Assembly: GCA_903813345.2 (NCBI GenBank) | Contig: CAIIXF020000001.1 | Span: 3,534,001-3,598,000 of the forward strand | Reading direction: 5' to 3' | From: Owenia fusiformis | Lineage: Eukaryota | DNA: 64,000 nt | Shown here: positions 1-15,400 of the stretch, piece after piece | Layout of the letters: each line of letters begins with the position of its first letter | Position numbering within the stretch: position 1 is the first letter of the stretch | Made by a program: the position numbers and the translations under genes | The notes under the pieces: model-generated | The model's database searches: none | Seen by the model: only the letters and a program-made list of their open reading frames with translations | What the model was told of the DNA's origin: nothing

Positions 1-112
1 TAAAAATAAAAACATGTATTAGCATTTGAGATAATGTGTGGGAATATATTATGATTGGTCAGAAAGTGCTGATGCATAATTAGCTATGCACGAATTTGTA
101 TATTGACCATAC

Positions 113-1542
113 CTGAAAAATATGTGATCTTTTAAGCCCTCTGGTGGGTTCCATTGAACTTGTTTTTGAAACTTGTGAACTTTATTTGATTGTGTAACGG
201 CACTCTGCAAGAGATCAGCGTCATGTATTATTACATTTGCACATTAGTATATAGTCATGGTTAATTTTAATTCATATAGTTTATCAAGCCCTACAATGAT
301 GAAGTTGTAGTCAATTTTTAAAGATTTGCTCTGGAAAAATTCACACCTATAGAGTGGGCCATAAAATTGGAACATATTTTGGCTATGAGAGCCATGTTTT
401 ACTTTTGGAGAAAACCTCAAATGCTTTAATCAATGAAATTTGAATCAAGATTATTTGAAGGGTAAACATGGTGATATGAAAAAATGTCTCTAATACACAT
501 ATACTCAATGCACTAATAATTGCTGATGACAACTCAGAGAAATATACAAATTGTTAATTTATCTTTTTCATTTTCACAAATAATCAGGAGATCTTAATCT
601 GAATATTTGTAGATTTAGCTCCCTTGATATAATACATTTTTATTTATTAATTGACACCACGTCCTAGTAACATATTACATAAATACATACATGGTATTGT
701 CATGCTATGAAAATAATTGATATAATGAAGGAAGGTATAATCAATGGAAAAATTGTTCAATATTTGTTGGCCCACCCTGTTTGTGTAAAAGTCTTAACTA
801 TATTTTATATGAAGATTAGCTATTCTACTTTGCCTACAATTAAATGCCATTAAGCTTACCTCTCGTTTTATACACCTCATTGTTTTCAGCTCATTGTCTG
901 TCACTGTAAAGTTCCCTAGAGCTTGGTTTTGGTTCAAAGATGGACTTGCCCTCCTGGCTTGAAGGAAAACCCCTTCAAACCATATTTCTGATGTGTTTCG
1001 CATTGTCACTGAAATAAAGATTATAAGGTGAACTTCTGTGTTGCATTTATTTGTCCTCTCCTTCCAGATAAGAGCAGCTCATTTATATTTGAGAAAAATG
1101 TTAGGATCCAAATTCAAAAAGTATATCATCGTGAGTCTAAATTGTTATCGATCTCACAAAAATTGAGAGCTGGATAAATAATCCACAGATGCTCCAAACG
1201 GTCCAGATTGCACATCTTTCTCTGCCTACCTTAATCATTTAAAGATATTGACCAAGTTTACATTATAAACAAGGTATTTGTTATTAATTCTTTAGTTTAC
1301 TTAACCAAAATTAGTTCCTTGTATTTTTTCACTTGTAAATGTATACCTTTTACTGGTTTTCCTGGTGTATAGTACCCTCCTTCATTGATCTCCAACAGAA
1401 ATGGAGCTGCTCCTTTCTGAGCAATCGCAGCATGTCCTGATGGAAACATGTCTACACAAGATCCCTCTGGTGGTCCACCAGGATATGACATCACAATTGG
1501 TAATGCTACCATTAGCATAACTGAGAACGAGGCCAGTGTCAT
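113..1542 (-). CDS. Reeler-domain secreted protein (defense-protein / ferric-chelate-reductase-like N-terminus), 5' part. Exons 1347-1542, 860-1008, 113-204; continues beyond the left edge.
   Basis: Signal peptide MTLASFSVMLMVALPIVMS is followed by Reeler motifs YPGGPPEGSCVDMFPSGH...PF, FEGVFLQARR...GNF...C and SAVTQSNKVHK...WNPP...IFFR. GT-AG boundaries have consistent phases (1, 0, 2). Confidence 0.85.
350..779. mobile_element. Degraded Tc1/mariner-type MITE in the Reeler gene intron
   Basis: Imperfect TIRs: TAGAGTGGGCCATAAAATTGGAACATATTTT at the left and AAAAATTGTTCAATATTTGTTGGCCCACCCTG at the right. Termini resemble the CAGGGTGGGCCA element at 23101. Confidence 0.55.
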
Positions 1543-4500
1543 CGTGACTTAGCTTTCTCTGTCTGAATATATGAATAATCACATTTTTATGTCATAGTTA
1601 GTGTTAGGGTCAGCCAGCACATGATACATTTAGAGATTTTTGTCAAGGAAGGACATGGTCAATCAGAAGGGTGTGGAGTTCTTAGATTAACAGCCAAATG
1701 TATCCTCCATAATGTCAACACTATCATGATTTACCATGTAGGTCATAACAAGGGGAAAAATTGAACAGGGGAAATGTTCAAACAGGAGCAAAGTTTAAAC
1801 GGGGGGGGAATGTTCAAACAGGGCAACGGGATAGTGTAAACAGAGGGAAAACAAGGGGATTAGTTCAAGAAATTGTGAAGATCAACATTATAAGTCAGAC
1901 TCAAAGCTAAAATGACCTAGTGCCTATTTGTAATCTTAAAAAATAACCTTTTTCCATTCACTTTCACCATCAGCTGTCTGTTTCAAACATGTTTTGTTAA
2001 CACATAATTTACTTTTAGTTAATTTTAATTTCAAGCAATCAAAGGGGAATAAAAAATTCAAAAAGCTATCAGTTGGGAAATAATGCAACAAGAGATAATG
2101 CAATGTTTTAATTAAGATAATAATTATAAGAAATCGGGAACTTACCAACGATCAGTTTCTGTGTTTTTCTAAATAAGTAGTCCTAGATACTGTTTGCCAA
2201 GAATGGGGTGTTTTCTAGAATCCAAACGTCATACTTTATTGCATTTAAGTGTAAGATAGTAGCTACTTGCTAAGTGTCTCAAGTGCCTAATTCATTAAAA
2301 TGACTTAGTCAGGTCATTATCTCCCAAAAAATATATATTTCTGTTCTGTACTTTGGTTTAGTTTCCTGATAAGAATGTATCATATTTCTACATTGTTTCT
2401 GAGTAACTTTTTGCTGAGTTAAACTGACTTGATTTCATATCCAACATGTGTCACTGAGCATACCCTATTAGCAAACATAATAGTTTAGGAATGTAATTTT
2501 AATAATTAAATTGCTTATTCATTGTCTGAACATATTGCGATAATGAGAATGTGCACGTGTAGAATATATAGTTCATAATACCAACACGACGCACTAGTGG
2601 TTGTAGAATTTAAATGACATCACTGAAGGATTGTTTAAACGACATCATTGTAATGCTAGTCTCTGTCATTTATGGCTCATAAATCAATTCAGCTAACCTA
2701 GAGTTCATATTGTAATTGTCATGTCCATGTAACTATATCACCAGTTGTTAAATGAACTCCAACTCATGTAATAAATTCTAATTAGGCCTTGAGAGTATGT
2801 AGTTTTCACAGTCTTAAGTGTGACATTTAATAATATTGTCCAGTTGCATATTTATTATTAATTGCTTAGGGGTAATTGTTGATTGTTCATACTTAGATCA
2901 ATCATGATGAGACATCTGTTTTAAAATGGTTTGATTTGTAGCTGGTTGGGTGCTAGAGAAATTTTTTATTACCATGGTAACCTATATTGCTCAAATTCTA
3001 AGATATGTAGCATGCCTATAATATAAGTGATTATTGTTCTTTCTGGTCAATCTGACCATGATTTCTTAAATTATCACTGGGAAAATGCTACAAAAATGTA
3101 TAAATAATACATATTATGATCTAATATGTTCCCAGTCCCGCTTAAGTCACATGATGAATTGCAACATATGAAACAAGGGAAAGGTTAATACATTGTTACA
3201 GATGTTTGGTTTTTCAAATATCAGTAATTTTACTGATTTTCACCTTAAGCTATTTTGATAGCTGTAAAATATACTAATTTTCCTTAATGTGAATTTCTCA
3301 ATTCATGAATTTCAAACATAATTGGTATTCACCTTGGATATCACAATAATCTTATAATAAAATGCTAATAAAAATATGCAATTTGTAAATATTTTATTTG
3401 ATTGTGAATTACAACAATATTTGTCAGTTTACATACAAGATACAGGCATATCCCAAACATTCAACAATCACTTAAAGCAGCTTCACAAGTATTCGTGGGA
3501 GGTAACAAAAACAGGGAGGTTACAAAGAAAGTCAGAAGGGGGTTACGGAAGGGGGAGGTAAGAAGGCAAGGAATGAATGGGGGGAGGGGGTAAGGAAGGA
3601 AGGCAGCAAGGAAGGGTGGAGGGGAATGAGAGGGGCCAGCTGATCATAAATTGATAAATTATGATAAAGTTGTTTTTAAATAGGGAATAATGACCCTGAA
3701 AATGAGAAGCCCGGAGGAGAGTAGAACAAAACCTGTAATTCTCTTTAAGAATACATAAAATGGGTGTTATATATGAAACACAAACAGGGCATGCGAAATA
3801 TCACCACCTGCCATTTGTTACATGTGGTGACATAAAACAGCAGGCAGAGTTTGACGGACAGGTGGTCAAATTTGTGTGTTTGTTTATATGGGGGGGGGGG
3901 GGAGAGAAATGCTATTCCACCCAGAATACTTGATTCACCTCACATTCATAAAGATTCCACATGTTTTGCATAAAAATAAACATCCATACTTCTATAGTTC
4001 TGACATTATGCCACTAGATGGCTGTAAGCCCATTCATCATCAGCATTTTGGCAATTTTTCTACCCCCTTCCCCAAAATATTCCCTCGTTGATCCCCTGTA
4101 TGAAGCTAGGTTGCCAACCATAGCCCAACAGTTTAAAACATGTGCATTCCCATCGGGCAAAGTGCCCTGTATGTATATACATAATATGTACACCCGTTTT
4201 AAGGCAAGAAAACCTCACACTGTAATCACATTGTCAGTTTCTGCCTTATTCAAAAGGGGTACATATTTCACATAAATACCATGTACTTTTAGGCTAACAA
4301 AACCTAAAAGTAACATTTTATAATAATACATGTATGTCTGTATAAAAATTGAGATAAATGAAGTTGGAAGCTAAACCCCTTATTTGAAACATCATATTTA
4401 CTTTCAATAATTTTTATAATAAAGCATCAACATGCAAAATGTCACCACCTGCCATTTGTTACAGACACTAATTGCCAGACACAAACTGCTGTCACAGATG

Positions 4501-5645
4501 AGTCGGGAGAAAGTAAGAATATGTCACAACCAAAAGTGGTGACATAATAACTTTAACTAAATTGAACTAATACAAACAAATTCATCAAAATTAATAATAA
4601 CCATTTTTCTCATTTTTTAAAGTGACTCTGACTTTAGTATGAATAAGTGAGCACGTGTGGTGGCTGTGCTTTAAGCAATATTTAACTTTTGAACACAACT
4701 GTTATATTGTACACTGTACTCTCGGTCTCCCGTTAATTAAAGGGCCATTTGCACTGCAAATGTCTACCCTGCATTGATCAATTCTTCATTTACAAAGCCA
4801 CCACAGCTTTAATATATTTATGTACAATATATGTGACATCACAAGTTATATTCATCTTATTTACAAATATGATATGAACAAGTTCTTGTACTACATTTCA
4901 TATGTGCAAAATCAAATATCTTGACTATGTAATTGTCCCTCCATTTTCAATATTTTTTTCTGGGAAATAATATTATTTATGCAATTTGTTTGGTTGAAAT
5001 AACGTATATGGTATTACATTTGACGATCTGTGGTCAAATTTCCACTGATTTAATCATATTTTCCAGATCATATTATTCTGTAATAAAATTCGATCTCTAG
5101 CACCTTGTGAAAATCAGAGAATACACGAATATTAGCTGTATTTAACTCAAATAATTTAAAACATGTAATATTAATATATTTTAATCAAGATTTAAATATC
5201 TGACAAAAAATCCTGGTGGGGTATAATATCTCTTTTAAAATATAACTTTCAAATAATTGATCATAGTTTTAGACACTTGTACATGTTTTATATTATGTAG
5301 TTATCTTATATACAATTACATACAGAATTCAGCTTTTCAAGTGGTCCTAAGTGTTGAAAATAAATATTTTTATATTATCTAAGTCTGAATTCTGCAATGT
5401 TAACGACATTGTAATGGTAGGATACTCAAGTTTAAATTTCTAATTTTGTTTCCTTGAATATTCTTCCATTTAGGTAGGCCTATTAAAATAAAATTCCTGA
5501 ATAACAAATTGATTCCCACTCTGGCCACCTTAATTTACTTTATCTCACTACAGAATGTGAATTAATCTACATGTTTTAATAGTAATAGCCCTTCTAAAGC
5601 AATAATACTGACTTGATTTATACGACAATGGAGCCTGTTATACAC

Positions 5646-5782
5646 CAGGGTTTCAGTGCTTCCTCACAAAGCATTTTGACAAAAATCTTCGTAACGAAGG
5701 ATTTTGTACGTGTGTAACCCTCAGAAATACTTCAATAGAAAGCTTTTCTGATAAAATATCTTGTGGCGAAGCACTGAAACCC
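5646..5782. repeat. Short inverted-repeat element (MITE-like)
   Basis: GGGTTTCAGTGCTTCCTCACAA pairs with TTGTGGCGAAGCACTGAAACCC; a poly-C run follows. Confidence 0.55.
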
Positions 5783-6416
5783 CCCCCCCCCCGTTTCATT
5801 TAAATAACTAATGTGGGGATCAGGTGATGTATATGTAGTTCTATTGGCCATCACCCATAGTCTTTGCAAATGTTTATTGTATGAAGTGAAGTGAAGTTTC
5901 TACATAAAGAAAAGCTAAATTGAAATTGATTTTTCATTGAATCGAAATTTGACATAATTTTTACTCAAATACCTACTTGTGTGATCTTCACCTTTATTAC
6001 TCACTGGTTTAACAAATCCCCTAGTCATGATTTCAGCAATACAATTAACAGTGTCTGTATGTGGACATAGCAACACATCACATCTCTTCACTTAAAACAT
6101 TCCTTCCAAATTCCTCTAAAAAAGGTGTATGAAAATTCGCTTTCTCTATAACTTCATCATGGTACGCCTCATGTATATTGTGTCTGTATTATCCATTACA
6201 CTATGTACTTTTCGCATACCAACTCCTTAGTGTTTCTTCTTAAAAACCAAGCCTTTTAAACATATTGTCCTGTGCCACATTGTGTGATAAATTGTCTTCA
6301 GGTGTCTCATATGCGTTGAAAATATTGTATTTTAAATTATTCTTTTATATCTGTTGGATATTCAGTGATGCACACATCCAGTTCAGCTATGACGTGTGAA
6401 TGATAAGTGAAGTTTG

Positions 6417-9400
6417 TTATTTTGGTCGTGTTCTCCTAACAGCACGCTTGATGGTTCGCTTCTGGCCACCAGCAGAGGGGGCTGTAGGCTGGAAAGGATT
6501 AGATGACACAGCCGCTGGTTGAGCGCTGAAACAAGAATGATTTTTATTAAATGGTAATTTCTATATATTTACTTCAATTTTTAAACTGTATGGTGGTTAT
6601 TAAGCCTATCACAAGTTCTTATGCCTATATATTATATTAACCCTCTGATTGCCATTAATTAATTCCTCATTAAAGCACACATATATCATGATATCATGTG
6701 ATGGCTAATGATTATGTTCAACATAAATAAGAACAATTACATATGAAAACCTACTTAAAGCCGAATGCTGAGCCTGGAGCAGTGGCTTGAGGGGCAGCTC
6801 CACCAAAGTTCATGCTGGGAGCAGCACTTCCAGTGAAGTTGAAACCTTGGTTCGCCTGTGGAGCAGCAGGGGCCGCAGCCTGACCAAAAGCAAAGCCCGT
6901 GTTAGCTGGCTGCTGAGGATCCGCTGCAGCTGGCTTTTCCTGGAGTTCATAAATTCAGAAATTGGTTATAGTTTTTACTGAAGTTACCGCTTGTTTATTG
7001 GAAACTCCAGGGAGTTGCTTTATGGTTTGTAAAAAAGACTATTTTGAATTCTTTTTAAAAGGATTTTCAGAGGAGATGTAACCTAAAATCAAGACCAATG
7101 AATGACCCTACTCACCTGTCCAAACTGAAAAACTCCACCAGATGGGGGTGCTGTTGATGCCTGGGCCCCAAAGTTGAAGCCTGTAGATGGTGCTGCATTA
7201 AACGCCGGTGGTTGGGCTGAAACATGATATCAATGACATATATAGCATGCTACCTATTCTATTACTACGTGTATCATGTAGCATTTGATGAGATTATGGA
7301 ATAATTGTTTTATGAAAATGTAATGGGCTAATTGCTCTTTTAACTTTCTAGAGGGGGGCTAATAATTATGTTGAATGATATAGAAATAAATAACAATAAC
7401 CTATAAAAAACATTGCTCTTGAAGAACCACACATGAGTTAATACAGTTAAAAGATGTGCAAAATTATAGGAGGATCAAAAACACTCTCAACAATGTTACA
7501 AATGGAATAGGAAAATAGAATATGAACAACGGCATACATCAATTGAATGTACTCACTTGTAGTTGGGGCAGGAGCACCAAATGCTGGAGCTGGAGCAGCA
7601 GTTGTATTACTACTCTGTCCAAATCCACCAAAACCTCCTATAATATTCATAAAGTATGAACAGTGGTGGGATGAGACTTCCATCAAAATGTATAATTCTG
7701 TATGTTTGTAATTGAATTGATTTCTTGTATTACCAGGGTTTATTAATAAATCAACATTGACCATTTCCTTATTTTATGTGGAAGAGATTGAGTAAAGTAG
7801 AATAAATCATGTTTAAACAGATAATAAATTGCTGATCCCTCCCCATGAGTCAATATGGGGAATATTTCTCTACCATTATGTTCACTCACCAGTAGTGCCC
7901 AATGTTCCTGCTCCCCCAAGTGTTCCTGCTCCCCCAAGTGTTCCTGTACCACCAAGTGTTCCGGTGTTGGCCCCAGAGACTGGCTGCCCAAATGCAAATA
8001 CCCCACTGGGAGCTGCGGCTGGTTTCTCAGGTTCTATAATACAATTAACAAATAGTGTAATGTTCTCCAAAGGATATTTCCTCAATTGAATGAAAAATAC
8101 TTATTTCATTCTCCCTATATTGAGAAATATCCATATAATATAATGAAATGGAATCCATAATGGACAATAAGTCATTTTCAAATTCTCAATAGGAATCTCA
8201 TGGGATTGCATGAATACTTCCCATCATATTTGGACAAACCATTTTGGGTCCTATGCAGCATGAGGAGTGACTTTTAATAATCAAAGATAAACAACAAAGA
8301 ACAACGGTCCTTTTAACTAGCTCATACGAGCCCCTAGTAAATGATACCTCACCTTTAGAGCCAAATGCAAATACAGCATTGCCTGCAGGCTTAGCTGTTG
8401 AGTCACCAAAGTTGAAGCCAGATGTTGGGGCAGATGAGCCAAATCCTGCAGTTGTTTTCTTGGATGCACTGGGACCATCATCACCTGAAACCATTGAAGC
8501 TTTTTCTTTATAGCCGGTCAAAACATGTGAGATGTGGCTTTCTTTTTATTCAAAATATTGAAAATTGACTGAGGAACCTCTGAACGAAGTCAACATTAGA
8601 AAGCCATTAGCTCAGTTTACCAACCAAAATGAACGAGTAGAAAGTAAGACACTATCTGTTGTTTAGTGAATATCCCGAGGAGATGAATATGATTTTCACA
8701 AGAGGAATTAGCAACAGTGAATTTTCATGTGAGGAACTGGAGGGAATTAACATTTTTTAAGAATATTTTCACAAATCAAATATTCCTCAGTGATATTCAC
8801 CAGGAACTATGAGTAGTATCATTGGATAAGATTACTGGCTCCCTATCTACTTATGTTGCAAAATAAATTGAACAAAGTAATTGTAAATATGGTCCAAAAG
8901 TATATCCAATGGCACTTACTATCAAGACTGCGTTTTTGTGTGGTCGGAGCACCAAAAGATAAAGTCTTCTTAGTATCATCAGTCTTTGCACCAAACATAG
9001 GAGCAGTTGATGACGCACCAAACACTCCAGCTGAAGGGGTAGATGAAGTCGCACCAAACATACCAGCTGCAGGTGTAGTCGATGGTGCTCCAAATGTAGA
9101 AGATTGTGTACTTGCACCAAACCCACCAGCAGTTGGAGCACTTGCAGATGTTGCTGTTTTACCAAAGCTAAACCCACCCACTGTGCTGGAAGTCACGTCA
9201 GACGATGGCGCTGATGTTGTCTTGGATGCATCTCCAAAGGCAAATCCACCAACACTTGAGGTAGAAGTAGCTGGAGCACTAGAGGTATCTTTACCAAACA
9301 CAAAGCCACCAACAGCAGGTTTAGATGGGTCGCTAGCTGTTGTAAGAGCAGTCTGTCCAAATGCACTTTTGAATTCTGTAGTAGCAGAACCAGAATTCAA

Positions 9401-12400
9401 ACTTCCTGAACCAAAACCAGAACTAGTTGTTACTAAAGATTTAGGAGCTCCAATAGCAGTTGTGGACGTTTCTGTCTTTGCAGTTCCAAAACTAAAACCA
9501 CCAACTGGTTTGTCATTGCTTAAGCTACTCAGGCCACTAACAGCTGATGCTACTGTTTTCGTTTTTTCGTCTGTCTTAGAATTACCAAACTGGAATCCTC
9601 CTATAGTTTTTATAGTATCTGCTTTAGATGTTTCACTTGAGCCTAATGTAGCTCCAGCTTCTTTACTTACATCTGTTGAATTAGTAGTGGCAGTTACCCC
9701 AAATTTTATACTACCTAGCGTGGATCCTTTAGTACCACTTGCACTAGAGGCATCTTTGTCAGTATTTACTGCTCCAAACTTGAATCCCCCAGTTGCTTTA
9801 GGTGCTTCGGATGCTTTATCATTTGACTGATCACCTCCAAACTTAAATCCACCTGTGATTGCTGGTTTACTGCTTGTATCACTTGCTTTGGCATCAGTGT
9901 CTTTATTTGAGCTAGCAGCACCAAACTTGAAGCCTCCACTTACATTTGATATTGTATCTTTTTTAGAGTCGGAAACAGTGCTTCCAAATTTAAATCCACC
10001 ATTGGAGGACTGTGGCTTTTCTTTGTCATTATTGTTTTTAACTCCCAAAGTAAGACCACTGGTAGTTGTTATTTTAAGTCCACCTGATGATCCTGCTGTT
10101 GCAGTTGCTGTAGAGGAGCCAAATGAGAAGCCCCCTGAACCAACAAATCCTGAACTGGGAGCAGAACCAGGCTTGGGTGTCTCGCATGCTATACACTTTG
10201 ATGCTCCTTCCTTGTTTGTTACCATGCATGTATCACAATCCCAAGCTCCAGCAGGTTTTTTGAATTTATCACCTAATGTATTTGGTATATTTGCTTTTAT
10301 ACTGCTAGAAGGTTTAGGATTAGGGGTCTCACAGGCTATACATTTAGCCGAGTCTTGTTTGTTTATTATCATACAAGTAGGACATTCCCAGGTAGTTGAA
10401 GTAGTTGATGAGGATGTAAGAGTTGTATTGCTTTTAGTATCACTGCTAGTAGCAGCAGGTTTGCCTGTTTCACATGCGATACATTTCACTGAACTGGCCT
10501 TATTGTTTACCATACAAGTAGGGCATTCCCAAGTTCCATTCTGCCCCTTTTCAAAACCAGCCATCAGGCTTTGTGATTTCCTGGGCTTGGGCTTAGCAGA
10601 TGTACATGCTGCACAACTGTTGAGCTCATTTTTATTGTTTATCATACACACTTCACACTCCCATGTGTTACTAGACTTTCCAAATTTAGCTCCTGCTGTA
10701 TTAATGAGAATATTGGAGGCTGGGGGTTTAGATACTGCATTAGGCTTTGATGTCGTACATGCGACACACTTAGAGTCCGATTCCTTATTGTTAATCATAC
10801 ATGTAGGGCACTCCCAACTGCCAGCAGGCTGTTTAAAAAGACTGCTTAATGGGGGCGCTGCTGCAGACACCTGGAGAACAAAAACCAATAATGTTATTTA
10901 AACCATGATATAAGCCATATTCAAACCCTCCCAGTAAATAGCCTGTATATATTCATTGTAACCTGATTCTTACATTCAACGTTTTCAATCATCTTCGGAT
11001 TTTGTAGAGAATAAGATTTACTTTTCACATTGCAACTGCAAGGTGTCTTTTTTAATATATAGTATATGTACCTTTGACCAATCATTGGATATTAGACACA
11101 ACATATTTACAAATGCTTCTTACAAATGCTTCTTACAAATTATTGCTCTTCTGGATGTCCCCTAACTGTGGATCATCAATCATTTTTCACAAGCTTGTTA
11201 TTGAATAACCTTCCTAATCAATCAATTAATTCAAATACACAACAGCTATTTCTCATTATTTTATACATGCAATTACACGCTAGAAGTACCTTATTAGGAC
11301 TTTTATCTTTATTTTTGCCACCTCCTAGTATATCCATGACACTGCCAGTCTTTAGTTGAGAGGCGACCCCTACCCCACCACGCTGAGATACCTGGGCCTT
11401 AGGAGGTGAAGAGGGGGCTGGGGAAGAGGGGGCAGGAGAAGAGGTGGGTTTCGAGTTGGCTGCTTTCCCCAATATATCCATAACACTGCCTTGCTTCAAC
11501 TCTGATGCAGCTTTAAATCCACCTAAGGATCAAAACATATGAAATAAAATATAAAATGCTCAGCTGCAATACTGCAACAAACATTAAATGTGTTGCATCA
11601 CATGCAACAACAGATCATATTCAAACACTCATTCCTAATACATCTAATACCTGATACCATGCATTTCAATGAGTGATAACAACAATTTATCTAATACTCA
11701 TATAGGGACAATACCTGAATTTCCAATATCAGTCTTGGTTGGTGGGTTGAATGTAGCTGCAGTTTTGACACTAGCGCCTTTAGCAGACTCCTGCCTCTCT
11801 CCAGATTCATTCAGGGACTTATCAATAGGAGAGCTGAACTGGAATCCCTGGATAAATAACAATAAATATTCATGACACATGCATAGCCAATGAAGTATGA
11901 ATTTTATGTTGTTTGAAGTTAAACATTGCATATAAGCATGCAGGGCTTCTATGCAATGTTGAAGTAGGAGACACATGAATGACCAAATGATGTTTTGAGA
12001 TTGGTTGAAGGGAAATCAACCAAAAAATAATGTCATTTAGAATACTTTGTGAATTTGTATATGAGACTTTAAAATAATAATTCTGAGATACACTTACAGG
12101 ACTGTTGACGGGGCTCACACTTCCAGGCGTTTTGTCTCTGATCATTATAGGCGACGCGAACTGAAATGCGTTTCCTCCACTCATCAATGACGATGGCTGC
12201 CCTATTGGGATTGGTGGAGACTTGGACGCTGTCATTGCTTTAGTGTTTGACGGAGCAGGAGTAGAGGTAGCAAAGCCAAAGTTTATTTTCGGCACTGAAC
12301 TGAGGTTTAATTGCACATCTGTAGGTAAGTTTGGAATTTCCATAATGTCTTCATCGTCCTTTTTACTGGAGTAATGTGTGCCCTTCTCACGTCTCATCTT

Positions 12401-15400
12401 ACCAGAGGCTTTAGACTGAGGGGCTGAATAGGCATTCTCACTGGAATCAACAAATGAACTTATCAATGAGAGTGTTTGCAGCCTTATGTCATGTAAAAGA
12501 AGAACCTAGTAGGTTAATTTTCATATCAGCTTGTCTACAAGGTAACAACATACCTCATGTTTGAGAGTGCAGCCATTGGGTTGCTAGGTCCTGCCTGTGC
12601 ACTACCAGTACCATCTAAGGCCACTATGGGCATCTGGGTGTTTGCAATATGGCTCTGCCTATTCTTTGCTATGGATGCATGTGTTGGGACATTTAGCTTG
12701 TTTATAGGTGGACCCAATGAAGGTGTCTGGAACAACAGGATAATAATATTATAATATCACTACAAGTATTTATGTAAAGAAACTTGTTTCAATAAAATAT
12801 TTCATTATTCAAACATTTTAAATATGTGTAAATATAAACCGCTGGTATAATGTCCTCTACATTTTTGTTTGTTCTTAGTCTCTTACCTCAAGCCTACTCC
12901 TCTTAGCTGGTGTCTGTAGACGAGCTGGCCTCCTGTAGCTTGTAGGCTGAAATACAGGACAATATTAGCACATTCTACAGTCTACACAGTGAAATTTCAA
13001 AATGTCCTCAGATCTATGCTATATAAAATGCATCATACCAAACCTGGCTTACATAAAACAACAACATATATTGCTATTGAATAGCGAATAGTTTGAACTC
13101 AATTGATTTAAAACAAAAATTCAGTTAGAACAATCCTGCTTCGGATTATGGAAAATACATGCACAGTTCATGAAATACACTCAAGCATTAACTTCATTCT
13201 TAGAAAAACAATATTTGCAAATGATAATATGTGACATATGGACTGTTGTTTAGGGAAAACAGCCTCTGAAGTGGGCATTGTGCTACAACCTAAGGAATAA
13301 TACTGATATACTTACTGTGAAAGACAGGACAGAATCTGAGAGGGCTGAGTTAGATGATGGAATTTTCTTGGCATCCTGAAATAAATATGGAAATGATGAA
13401 TAGATCTACCACAGGCAACTTGTATTCATAATGAAGTATTCATGAATGATTGGATATTAACAAAACAAAATTATAAAACATGTTTTTCTGATCGTGATCA
13501 AGTCAGGACTTGATAATTTACGAAAATAAATATTTTCTCTAAAATAAACAAAATGCATAAGAAATTGTGAACTTACATTCAATGGTGTGGACATCTTCTC
13601 TAATGTGTCCATAATACGTTTTGCAGTAGTACTGGTCAATCCTGAACCTGTAGATCTATTCAATGGCTTCACTTTCACTTGTTTCCTAATGGGCATCGCA
13701 ACCTGAAACACAACAGTCAAATATAACATGTACATTCAAATAATCATATATCGAACATTTTTGAACAGTTTCAATATACAGAATTTTTGCTAATGCATGA
13801 AAAGGAAGAAATGCGATGTAAAATAGCTGAAAAATAACTGAATTGAAATGAACTTCATAGCATAGTTAGCATTGCACTCTAAAGGTTACTTGAATGTGTT
13901 CATGTACCTGATAGGGTGTCCCTGGTTTGCTCTTGGACTTTCTCTGTGAGGCAGCTCCACCAAATGTTGTCTTCCCAGGGTAGTAAGGTGATGTTAACTG
14001 ACTCTCTCCCAGGATTGAGCTCCCTCCAGCCTATATAATTTACACATAAATAAATGCTAAATTCAGGGAAACAACAATATAGGGGAATAAAAATTAGAAT
14101 GAATGATTAAACCCATGTTCAATCTTTCCAAGTAAATAGCTTACAGTTCTATAGCATTACTATATACAGGGATCAATCTTTTCAGAGTGAAATTCCCAGA
14201 CAATTCTCAGCAATTTTTTTTTGAATTTCAGGATTTTTTGCTTCACATAGGCTACCCAAAATAAACTCTATACAAACAGGCTTTTATGAACTCTTGATGC
14301 CAAATTCCCTAATATTCTCTGAAAAAATTCCCAGGTGGGCAATAACAATGGTTTAAGATAAGACATTATAACATAACATATGTGAATTATTCGGATGTCT
14401 TGTACTGACCATGGATGAGTGTGCAGGTGTTCCAAAGATGGATGTATTAAAGGAAGGTCTTGAACTCTTTGCTGCAGACTGAGGTCTAGATCTGGAGGCA
14501 CTTGTATCAGACCACAGGAAACTTGCATTCATTGAACTGTTTGCACTCCTCTCTAGAGTAAACAGAAAATATCACTTTTAATACAAGTTTCAAATATCAT
14601 GTTGATATGTATCTCTTGAAGATGTGTAACAATTGGTGTAATATGTTACATACACAATTATGCAGAAACAATCCCGATATTCATACATTTCAACCAATAG
14701 TCTAAAATGGGACAAATTGAGGTTTCACATACCTGTAGTATCGTTCTTTGATGCAGTTGTATCTAGTTTATTCAGGGTGTCTCTCACTGTAAGGTCTTCT
14801 CTCAGTTGTTGAATTTTTGATTCATTCAGTTGCAAGATATCTTTCTGGTAATCCCGCCTGTCTGGATGCGGAATCATCGAGGAGCAACCACTGGTCGATA
14901 CTGAATAGTCGCTCTTGTCAGATTTATTGTCTATCTCTCCTAGAAATTAAACATATTTGTGTATTGGTTGTGCAACAGCATACAGTATTAATTTCTTGTA
15001 TATCTCACTGGACACCAGTACTTATCCGTATTACATAACAGCATTGGATTAATTTCCTGAATACTGCAGATTTTTGTAATTCTAAACCTTCCCTATGTAA
15101 TTTCCTAATATCTAGTTTCCTGCACTTTATGTACTTGGTTATCCTCTACTCTTTTAATTCAAGCTCCTTGTGTAACTGTAGCAAACATACTATTCTTTAA
15201 CCAAATAAAACGACAACAATATACATGGAGCTTGTAGAATTGTTTTTCATCAATTATCAAGTTTCACAGTTAGCTTAATGATACAAGTGTAGTGTTATGA
15301 GTATAACTGTTAATCAAACCATACAAACAATGACTTCACACATCACGCATATTATGACTGATCAAATGAAGCCATTTGCGGTGTTAAACAACATCAGTTT

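Noticed and set aside
3540-3640. Purine/G-rich tract as a possible G-quadruplex element
   Set aside because: Low-complexity (GGAA/GGG) intergenic sequence with no supporting context.
8853-10901. Long plus-strand ORFs (325 and 348 aa)
   Set aside because: Antisense shadows of the low-complexity Nup153 exon 14, with no independent domain or splice support.
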